A stretch of DNA of 64,000 bases, taken from the human T2T-CHM13v2.0 reference genome, Homo sapiens. The stretch is taken from assembly GCF_009914755.1 (NCBI RefSeq), contig NC_060938.1. One strand, given 5' to 3'. Made by a program: the position numbers and the translations under genes. Numbering within the stretch: position 1 is the first letter of the stretch; every line of letters starts with the position of its first letter. Below, piece by piece: positions 50,065-64,000 of the stretch. The notes beneath the pieces are model-generated. The model had not been told where the DNA came from, searched no databases, and worked only from the letters and a program-made list of their open reading frames with translations.

Positions 50065-50587
50065 CAGCTTCTTGTGTTTTGGGAGCTTAATTCAGATGTT
50101 AGATTTATCAGGTTTTACACTGGAGATTTTGCATTGAGTTCTTTTGGTCTCACGGAGTAAATAATGGAACTTTAAATAGGACTTTTTTTTTTTAAGGAAT
50201 AAAAGCATAATAAAAAAAGTTCATAGTTAGAATAACCTGGGGCCAGATAGCTTGTGTGTCAGTCAGAGGGAAAGAGGGAAGGGAGTATTTCTGAGCCTGT
50301 ACTATGTTCCAGGTCAGGTGGGTATCAATTTCACTTGACGTACAGGGAGACTGAGCCTCCACCACACCCCAGGGTAGGTGAGAAGAAGATGCAGTAGCTC
50401 CAAAGCTGCTTCATTCATTCATTGCACACATCTTTATTGCATGCCCGTGGGTTGCTAGGCATTGTTTTGGCTGATTCCTTGTTCCATTGAATCATCTCCA
50501 GGCATACACGGCATGAGAGTTGGAAGATGGTCCAGTGATGGTGTGATTTATAGGCTGGCAAAATGTTTGAGTCAACTTAGATACTGA

Positions 50588-50963
<376 letters not shown>

Positions 50964-51103
50964 TGAATTCTTCATCTTGAGGAGCTGCAAGATAGTTTTC
51001 CCTCAGAAACGCATTTTGTTTCTGCATCAAACTTGAAAAATGTCCTAAGTAGACTTGTCAGTCGTTTACAGTTTTATACCTTATTTATTTATTTATTTAG
51101 TGA

Positions 51104-51316
<213 letters not shown>

Positions 51317-52531
51317 TGATCCGCCAGCCTCGGCCTCCCAGAGTGCTAGGATTACAGGCGTCGGCCACCGCGCCCAGCTTGCCATTACTTTTATTCATAG
51401 AATGATCTTTAGTTTGACCTACGTGCATATAGACTTTTGCCTGTATTTCCTTCTAGTTTCTTGGTTTTTTTTTTAATTTAGTTATTAATCTGGAATTCAT
51501 GTTAGTATATAGTGAGTGTAGGAGTTTAACTTTATTTTATTTTTCCTAAATAGCCAGTTGCCTTGGCACCGTTTATTATATAAGCTGTCTTTGGTTATAA
51601 TGGCTTAGCCTAGAAATGGTGAGAGGTATCGAGTCTAAATATACATGCCGCTGTCTGTTTCCCTCTGAAGAAGTGGCACGTGTACTTAACATCTATACCA
51701 TGGTCACCTGGGGGGCAGGTTTCTTGTGCTCTCACTCCGTGCTGCTCCTCTAGCCTTGGTACTGGGTCTGGCTTTGCAGTGATGAGCAGCTGCTCACCAG
51801 CAGTGGGTGCCGTCACACCTCTGCCTCAGCTCCCCTTTGCTGCCGGGCTGGCAGTGCCCTTAGCAATCTTAGTAGCCCTTACTAGCCTTGAGAGGTGCTA
51901 CTTGATAACACTGGCTTCCCTTGGGAGTGGTTTCTTCTGTCTGGCCTTCGTCTCTCAGTTGGCCATTGCCCCCCACCACCGTGTTCCGCCACACAGCCAC
52001 TGTCCCTGAGCCTTCAGGTCTTTGTGCACCTGCTTGTGTAGCTTGTCTTCTGCTAGCTTGCATGTCCCCAAGGGCGAGGCCCTTATTAATCTGTACATTC
52101 CAGGGCTTAGCTCAGAGTAAGTTTTAGTAAAACACTTGCATCTGCTAGTTTGGGAAACATAAAAGAATATATGTTGCATCATTTGGATATAATACATAAA
52201 TACTTTGCTGTCAGGGTGGAAAAACAGGCCTTAGGTTTTATTTTCCTCCTCCTGAAGACCCTTCCCTTCAGTCATAGGAACCTCAAAGATGTTCAGATCA
52301 ACACTTTAACCTAGTACATTTTAATCTTGTTTGTTGAAAACTGGTCCTTAAGTGTTTTCTTTCACTCATTTTACAAATGTGTATTGAGTGCCAGGCCGGG
52401 GATATATCATGGAACAGTATGGATGAGGTCCCTAGTGGAGCAGCAGTATCACTCAGCAATATATTCCCAGCCTGGCACACCATGGATTTGCTACAGTGAA
52501 GCTGGAGAGCCCTGTGTTAAATAAATACTAA

Positions 52532-52792
<261 letters not shown>

Positions 52793-53351
52793 TGACCTCG
52801 TGATCTGCCCGCCTTCGCCTCCCAAAGTGCTGGGATTACAGGCATGAGCCACCGTGCCCGGTCGGCGTTTGTTGTTTTGTTGTTTTCTGGCCTCTTTGTT
52901 AGTGGAGTGGAGGTGGATTTCTGAATAGTCTTACAGACAACTTCCAAATTTTAAAAGGAATTCAGTCTTCATATGTATGGAAAAAGAAAATCATTTTTCC
53001 AGTGTGTGATGCAGAGACTAACGTGACCCTATTCTCAAGCACTCATAGCTTCACCCCAAAATCCTGGAATATATAGTCTGTATCTGCTGATTCAGCTTTT
53101 CTTCCCTTCATGCAGCGTCTGTCAGTCCATCCATTCACTACATGGACTTTCTGGGCCAGGAGCTGCCTCTAGAAGCTGTGGAGTCCTACAAGATCAAGTC
53201 CCTGCCTTTTTTCTTTTTTTGGGAATTTTTTAAAGAGACAGGGTCTTGCTCCGTCACCCAGGCTAGAGTGCAGAGGTACCATCATAGCTGACTGTCACCT
53301 CAAATTCCTGGACTCAAGCGATCCTTGTGCCTCACTGAGCCTCCTGGGTAG

Positions 53352-53522
<171 letters not shown>

Positions 53523-53580
53523 TAGCTGGGACCACAGGCGTGTGCCAGCACACTCACCTAATTTTTGTATTTTTAGTTGA

Positions 53581-53709
<129 letters not shown>

Positions 53710-54637
53710 TAAGAGCTTATATTCAAGGTGACATTAGACACTTAATGAATCGTGAGATTTTAGACAGTGGCAGTGCTGTGAAGGAAATAACTCTGACGTG
53801 TAATCTTGCCTCCATCCCTGTCACTGTGCCGAAAAAGATCACTGCTCACTATCTTTCTGTTTTTTAAACTTAACTATGGGTTTTTAAGACTTAGAAAAAA
53901 GGAGAGAGGCTAGCAGAGGGAACCATTGCTCAGTGACAGCGGCTGTCAGGCACAACAGCACAAATGATGCTGTTTTTATATTCCCCTTTCCTCCCCCTTT
54001 TCTTTCTCACTTTGGTGTTTGAAAGCCCCTTCCAGACATTGCATCACATCACCCTGGGCCTGGCCCTGGTGGTGCTTCGCTGTGCCATCCTCATCTGTGA
54101 GCCTGCCCGGTGACCGTGCTGCACCTGTCCTTGATGCCCTGTGTCTTCCAGGTCTGCTCCTCCCCTGCTGCTCTTCCTGTTCCATGTTCTTTGGCTGGTT
54201 TTTCTTTCTTCTTCCAGCTGTGTGACTCCTTTTCAAGCCTTTGTCCAGTTAAACATTTTACCAAGAATGTAGTGTTCTTCCTGCATTTCATTAGGAAGAG
54301 AAAAAGGCTTGCAAACATTCTGAGAAAAAATGTTGTTCACCGAGGCTGTGTGTTTTGGAAATGCCATTTAGATGTTTTGCTGCTTTTAATCTTTGGCATT
54401 AATTTCAGTTGCTGTCATAAAAAAGAATTAAGACATAAACCAGAAAAGTAATTAAATGTGTCTGCAAAGGAAAAACAGAAACTGCAGAATATGGTATTTC
54501 AAGGTCATAAATTACAAATGTGCATATTTATTATTCCCCTATAAAATGTTAATTAAAAAATTTTCATATTTACTTGATGTAACAGAAATGAAACCTGTAA
54601 TGAGGGATCTAATTTCTTTTTCTTTTTTCATTCCAGA

Positions 54638-54898
54638 ATGTATGACAACATGTCCACAATGGTGTACATAAAGGAAGACAAGTTGGAGAAGCTTACACAG
54701 GATGAAATTATTTCTAAGACAAAGCAAGTAATTCAGGGGCTGGAAGCTTTGAAGAATGAGCACAATTCCATTTTACAAAGTTTGCTGGAGACACTGAAGT
54801 GTTTGAAGAAAGATGATGAAAGTAATTTGGTGGAGGAGAAATCAAACATGATCCGGAAGTCACTGGAGATGTTGGAGCTCGGCCTGAGTGAGGCACAG
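54638..54898 (+). CDS. KLC1: KLC1 exon 2 CDS, aa 1-87 (heptad repeats); exon starts at 54637
   Basis: MYDNMSTMVYIKEDKLEKLTQDEIISKTKQVIQGLEALKNEH..LGLSEAQ is the KLC1 N-terminus. Acceptor ttttttcattccag|AATG, branch-like CTAAT at 54609-54613, donor CAG|GTACGA, phase 0. Confidence 0.97.
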
Positions 54899-55394
54899 GT
54901 ACGAGTGAGAATGACTCAGACGTTATCAGGAACTTTTGATGGTAAAATGGAGACTTGTTTGAAATAAGCAGTTTCACTAAAGAAGAGGAAAGATGATTAT
55001 AGAATAACAGATCCAGGCCGAGTGCGGTGTGGCTCAGGCCTGTAATCCAAGCACTTTGGGAGGCTGAGGCAGGTGGATCACTTGAGGTCAGGAGTTTGAG
55101 ACCAGCCTGGCCAACATAGCGAAACCCTGACTCTACTAAAAATACAAAAATTAGCCGGGCCTGGTGGCTGGCGTGTGTAATCCAGCTACTAGGCAGGCTT
55201 GAGGCAGGAGAATCACTTGAACCTGGGAGGCAGAGGTTGCAGGGAGCCAAAATTGCATCACTGCACTCCAGCCTGGGTGACAGAGCGAGACTTTTTCTCA
55301 AAGAAAAAACAAAACAAAACAGATCATGTGTTCTGTATGTTAATAAATTACTATTGATTTGGGCCTATCAGAATTGTATTGATTGATTGATTGA

Positions 55395-55553
<159 letters not shown>

Positions 55554-55559
55554 TAGTAG

Positions 55560-55871
<312 letters not shown>

Positions 55872-57447
55872 TAAAATGTTGGCCAGGCTGGTCTTGAACT
55901 CCTGACCTCAGGGCCTCTCTGAATTTTGAAAAGCGGATCCAAAATAGTGGATACTGCTGTGTATCATTTAGGATTTGATTTGGCTGCCAGTATCAAAAAA
56001 ACAAAAACAGTGGCTTAAACCACAAGATGTTTGTCAAATAAGTACCGAGGTACACTCTCCTGGACGGGTTCTGTAGCTACACAGTCATCGGGGATACTCA
56101 GGTTCCTAACATCTGCCACACTGCACCTTGGCAGCCTGTCTTGGGGACTGAGAGTGAGCTCCATGTGGCCCTGTTCTAGCATAGGGGAAGGGAAAGGAAG
56201 GACGTGCCTCCTTCCTTGAAGGCTGCTGCTTTGATGATGTGTACAGCAGTGCTTACATTGCATTGGCCAGACCTTATGGCTGTACCTGGGTGAGTGGGAG
56301 ACTGGGGAATGTTGTCTTCCCACTTACAGTGGCAGGTCCTTAAGCCTAAGGAAGGAGAATGGACACTGGCCAGTGGGTGATGGTCTCTGCAATCCCAGGG
56401 CCAGATTGCTTCATATCTTTGACTAACCTTTGTTTCTATAATATCATGCTTGACATAGAGATGAAAACACTGGAAACATCTAGGTTTTTAAATACTCTCT
56501 CCTGATAACTTCTGGCTCTGTCAGCATATCTTAGGTAAAATTAAATATACCAAAGCTTTGCTTCTTTCTTAGCATTCTCTAGTTTAGTGAGTGAATAGAG
56601 CAGAAGAGGGGCTGCTGGCCAGCGGTTTCTGCTTTCATAGAGGAAGTGACTGCCCACACCCTGATTTTAGAGTCTTCATCCTAACCATGTTACAGCCTTG
56701 AGTTGCAGAACTGTAGCTCTGTTTGGATATTGTGAACGTATTATTTCTCAAGTTCTGTTACCTTGAGAACAGGTGACATGAATTTAAACTTGCTTTTTTG
56801 GTGTCGCAGATAAGAGTTTTAAAAAAAGAAGGAAGAAAAGGTCCCACCTTCTGGAGTTTCAGGTTTTAAACCTAGGAGGATAATAACCTGGTTATTATGT
56901 TATGAGAGGGATGGGCAGATGTATGTTCTAAAGAGAGAACAGATTGCTGCCAGCCAGCTCCTAGCTGTTTGTGCTCTTATGCTCCTAGGAACTTGCCACA
57001 GCCTCACGCTGGTCTGTTCCAGAAACCAGTGAGCACTCTGTAGGCAGAGCCCTGGAGTGGCCCCTGGATTTTATGACATAAACATAAGCTTATGAGTGCA
57101 CCAGTGCATTCTTACTCTTGGTGGTAGCTACAGAGATGTCTTCTCTCACCTTGGAACATCAAGGAAGATTTGTATGTGCACTGTTCTCTGACCCCCACTT
57201 GCAGCCCTTCACCAACATGCACTCTGTGCGCAGACATGCATGTGTGTACACGAGGTCTTACACATGGGAAAGGGTCTATAAAAAATTATGTTGGGCCCAT
57301 CTTGATAGAAAGTAAAATAATACAGTTTCATCAGAAGGGTAGCTGTGTTTTCATTGCTAGTTCATTTGGCATGCTCTTCAAAAAAATAAGTATTTTTTTG
57401 TAGGCATTCTGAGCGTGTGATATTCTTTATCATACCCTGCTTTGTAG

Positions 57448-57909
<462 letters not shown>

Positions 57910-58094
57910 TAGAGGTTCTGTTTGCCATATTCTTTTCATATTAGAACATATTAGAACATTAGAACATGCAAAAATGTTTTGTAAATATAAGCCACAATCC
58001 AGAGAGACACCATTACCTTCAACAAGGTCTGCCCCGAGGTCTGTCCCGAGGTCTGCCCCAGCTTAGGCTCTGGAGCTTCCTTGCCCCTCTGTAG

Positions 58095-58481
<387 letters not shown>

Positions 58482-58684
58482 TGACACCATGCCCAGCTAA
58501 GTTTTTTTTTTTTTTTTTTTTTTTTAAGTAGAGATGAGGTTTCACTGTTTTGGCCAGGCTGGTCTTGAACTCCTGGCCTCAAGTGATCTGCCCACCTCAG
58601 CCTCCCAAAGTGCTGGTATTCCAGGTGGGAGCCACCATGCCCAGCCTTCTTTCTCTGTTGGCTCTATTTGGATGTTTATCCTAG

Positions 58685-58934
<250 letters not shown>

Positions 58935-59034
58935 TAGCCAGGATGGTCTTGATCTCCTGACCTTGTGATCTGCCTGCCTCGGCCTCCCAAAGTGCTGGGA
59001 TTACAGGTGTGAGCCACTGCGCCCAGCCAGTTAA

Positions 59035-59352
<318 letters not shown>

Positions 59353-59825
59353 TAAAGAAAATTTCTAAATTTTGGAATTATTTTATTTTACTTATTTTTA
59401 ATTTTAAAAATTTTACCCTCCTCTCAAGTTTCCAATGGAATAATTTTAAATTGATTGAAAAGTTGAAAAGTTAGAGAAGAAAATTGATGTGCCCATAACC
59501 CAGTCTCCCCTGATCGTCCATAATCATAGAACAGTGGTCAGAACTAAGATATTAACATCAACACTTTACTGTTAACTGAAACACAGACTTGGTTGGATGT
59601 CACCAGGCCTTCCACTAGTATCTCTTTTCTGTGCTAGGACCTAGTCCAGTGTTCCACATTGCATTTGGAACTAACGTTTTTTAAATACCTGTATGATGCC
59701 AGACATGTTCATGTACATAATCAGAATACTAGAGAGGTGCACATTTGTGTGTCTCGTTTGAATCCCCATCCTAAGACTACTGAAACAGTTTTTTGCGTAG
59801 CACCAGCAAACCTGCATTTCCCCTC

Positions 59826-60187
59826 TGTCTTCATCTGCTTGGGCTACTGTAACAAATACCACGGGCTGGATTGCTTAACATTTATTTTCTCATAGTTCTG
59901 GAAGTCCGAGATCAGGGTACCAGCAGGGTCCGGTTCTGGGGAGGGCCTTCTTTCTGGCTTGCAGACTGCTGCCATCTCTTTGTGTTCTCATATGGTACAG
60001 AGAGAGAGGGAGTAAGCTCTCTGGTGTCTCTTTTTATGAGGGCACTAATCCCATCATGAGGGCCCCACACTTTCGAGCTCATCTTATCCTGATCACCTCC
60101 CAAAGGTTTCATCTCTAAATACCATTACACTGGGGGTTAGGGCTTTAACATAGGAATTTGGGGAGAACACAGTTTAGTTGACAGCAT
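59826..60187 (-). mobile_element. MaLR LTR (MLT1A-like), near full length
   Basis: tgtctt..gctactgtaacaaataccac..tttattttctcatagttctggaagtccgagatcagggtaccagc..gggcactaatcccatcatgagggcccc. Confidence 0.75.
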
Positions 60188-60333
60188 GCTATTTCAAAAG
60201 GCTTACCAAAATCCTCCCTCACATCTCCTCTAGGTTAGGGGCCAACTAAATGTTTTGATTTAAAAGATGTGGCTGGGCGCAGTGGCTCATGCCTGTAATC
60301 CCAGCCCTTAGGGAGGCCGAGGCAGGCAGATCA

Positions 60334-60525
<192 letters not shown>

Positions 60526-62188
60526 CTAGATGACAGAGTAAAGCTCTGTCTCAAAAAAGAAAAAAAAAAAAAAAAATTAAGGCCGATGCGGTGGCTCATG
60601 CCTGTAATCCCAACATTTTGGGAGGCTGAAGCGGGTGGATTACCTGAGGCCAGGAGTTCAAGACCAGCCTGGCCAACATAGCAAAACCCCTTCTCTATTA
60701 AAAAATACAAAAAAATTAGCTGGGTGTGGTAGAGTGCACCTGTGGTCCCAGCTACTTGGGAGGCTGAGGCATGGAATTGTTTGAACCTGGGAGTTGGAGG
60801 TTGCAGTGAGCCAAGATCATGCCGCTGTACTCCAGCTTGGGTGGCAGAGGGAGACCCTGTCTCAGAAAAACAAGCAATAAATAAATAAATAAATAAATAA
60901 ATAAAAGATGCTTGCTCTAGAGTGCTATGGAAATGCAAGTACTTTGCAGATGTCGATGCCAGCAGTGATTGACCTGGGACACTGGAGGATGTTGAGAAGA
61001 AGAAAACTGGTTTCGTAGGATCGGAGACTTTTAAAATTTATTATTTTGAAAAAGTGTTAAACTTGGAGAAAACATCCAATGAGCTGGCTCTCCTTACCCT
61101 TTCCAGAGTACTTACGAGTGCCTGTTTCTTCTGAAACCTGTTCACATAGTGGCATAGCATGTGCCACGGCTGCTTACTGCTGCTGGGCGTCTTTCCCTAG
61201 GGTGAGGGGTTCTCCTGTGGCAGTCCAGGGCCAAGGGCACTCAGGAAATTGCACACAGACCCAGTATGTCCTCTCCTCTGCAGCTCATACTCTCCTTTTG
61301 TTAACTGCCAACAGCATCCTTCATGGCATTGTTTCACTGTGTCCCAGGGTCCAGTTCAGGGGTACATCCTGCATGTGGCCGTCACATCTGTTGAGTAGCC
61401 TTTCACGTGGAATGGGGTCTCTGTCTCTGGTTGTCTTTCATGACATTGGTGTTTTTGAAGAATGCAGGCCAGTTATTTTGTCCATCATTCCTCAGTTGGG
61501 GTTCGTCTAATGCCTGGATTATGCATCCCAGACAGGAATATTCTAAAAGCAATGTGTCTTTATCACATTTTCCCTTCCGGAGCCAAACAGTGTTCATCTG
61601 CCTCATGACAAAGCTAATTTCTTACTGGTCAGGCTGTTACCTGTCTTTTCCATTATGTAGTTTCTGATTTTATTTCTTTGACTAATCAGCAAAATGTAGG
61701 GAAACATGGGTCACAGGCCTTTAAAGCTGGGAGGTTTCAAACAGCTCCCAGGGATCCTGCCCCAGAGCCGATTGTGGTGGTGAGGAATCTAGCCCCTCCA
61801 CTTCTCTGGGGATCAGAGATGCACCATTTTCACCTGTTGCTACATATTTGGTTCCCAAATAAGATTTTATTTTGAGTCAGGGTTTTCCCTGCTCTCCTAG
61901 ACCTCCCTCAAAGCGCGGGAGAAGGATCTGAGGCATGAAATGCAGCCATGGCCCATTTCGTCAAACTGTGGTCTGCACTCAAGTATTTGTATTCTAGTCT
62001 AAAAAGCTTTTCATTACTCCTGTTCAACTGATGGATAAGCCAGATTGTCGGCGATCCTACATTTGATGTTAAAAACTGATCATCTTTTCTAAGATTCTTA
62101 GTTAAAATGTATTTAATATTAAAAATTTTCAGGACAGGATGTGTATAGCACGTGTAAGATGAAGTGTTGTCCTGGGTCTGTTTTATAG

Positions 62189-62267
62189 GAGGACAAAGAC
62201 ACTGATTCTACCAAAGAGCCTCTGGATGACCTTTTCCCCAATGATGAAGACGACCCAGGGCAAGGAA
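62189..62267 (+). CDS. KLC1: KLC1 exon 4, aa 165-191 (acidic linker with LFP motif); not in the ORF track
   Basis: ttttatag|GAG GAC AAA..: EDKDTDSTKEPLDDLFPNDEDDPGQG plus A, donor A|GTGAGT; 79 nt, phase 0-1. LFP codons at 62231-62239. Confidence 0.95.
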
Positions 62268-62719
62268 GTGAGTGATGGGTGATGCAGGCATGTTACCGAG
62301 TGCAGAAGAGAGGTGTTCCTCCTAGAACACGGTCATAGCAATCAGTGGCAGCCTTAGTGCATGCGGCCTGCCTGGAGGAAGCACCACCAGAGCGGGGTTG
62401 CCTTTGGTTTTCCAAAATAATCTGTGTTGTGATACGGGAATATGCTAGAGCAGACCCTAGGATACAGCGGCATGCACGTGCAGTTCAGGCGTGGTCTGCA
62501 GATTCTTACAGGGTGAAGAGGTCAGAATTACTTATCCTGCTTGTTTCATGGCGCCAAGAGGAGTCTCATGGCACTGAGTGGCCATGTTGCCATCCCTGAC
62601 ACTGTAGTCACTACTCTTACCCTGCCTGCCCAGACAGTACTAGGAAAAGATTTAAATAGCACTGGGGGCCAAGTACTAACTTGAACCAAAGTTAGTAAAG
62701 ATAATTTTAAAGAAACTGA

Positions 62720-63034
<315 letters not shown>

Positions 63035-63125
63035 TAGAGACAATGTTTTTAACCATCTTGCCCCTTAAAATATATTTTTATGTATCTATATAAACTATTT
63101 TTCAACCATATCCACTTCTCTTTAA

Positions 63126-63453
<328 letters not shown>

Positions 63454-64000
63454 ATTTAGCAAGCTTTGTGGAAGGGTGTCACTGAATCAGAAGAACAGAT
63501 GCTGCCCGTGACCACTCAGTTCAGCTTGTTTAGAATAGACCACAGTGTACCCCTAACGCCAGCCAAACGAAGCTGTTTTGACCTTTTCCACAAGACCCTG
63601 TGCAGGCGGCTTCTTTTGTCTAAATAGCCTTCCCACTTGGCCTGGCGGTGTCTTCCTGCCTTCTGAGGCCTGGTGCGCTGTGCCTCCTTTTGGAATCCGG
63701 GATTCAACTTGCCCTTTGCCCCTTGTGTGCTCCCCGAACCCTTTCACCCCTGTTGAAGGACGCCCCGGGGGAGTGGTGGGCTCTCAGTTGTGTGGTAGAA
63801 GAGTTCCTTTGGCTCAGTGCCTAGGATGCAGTTGGGGGCTGGAGCCGGAGGCAGGGTGTCCTGTTGGGACAGGATTGAGGTTGTCGGGGTGGGGCGAGGG
63901 GAACCTGAGCAAGGAGGAGGACGTGGAGGAAGAGGAGAGTACAGGGCCTAATGACGCTTGAAGAGAAATGCGGTGATATGACTACCCACACGCATAAGTG

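Noticed and set aside
62186-62191. NAGNAG tandem acceptor (TAG GAG) at exon 4, and the CAG CAG CAG run after the exon 5 acceptor
   Set aside because: GAG is a poor acceptor, and the exon 5 CAGs lie +5/+8/+11 nt and would frameshift. No support for use.

Overview
Human (primate) genomic DNA, extremely Alu-dense. It holds the promoter and 5' half of KLC1 (kinesin light chain 1) on the + strand. A CpG-island promoter (~28.3-30.2 kb; perfect CRE, GC boxes, YY1 motif) is followed by non-coding exon 1 (donor after 29568), a ~25 kb intron 1 and coding exons 2-5 (54637-54898, 57619-57849, 62189-62267, 62775-63000). These encode aa 1-266: heptad-repeat coiled coil, acidic linker with the LFP motif, and the start of the TPR domain. 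The gene continues past the window end. The first ~28 kb is intergenic, mostly Alu, old L1M and LTR fragments. Nearly all listed ORFs are Alu or GC-content artefacts. I found no support for a new multi-gene biological system. The best leads are regulatory or structural: a non-canonical GC donor at exon 5 beside a candidate intronic poly(A) site, an in-frame alternative acceptor or cassette before exon 3, uORF and leaky-scanning architecture at the start codon, nested direct and inverted local duplications at 6.6-12 kb, and serial Alu insertions into single target sites. Repeat family names are from recall of consensus sequences, not a database search.
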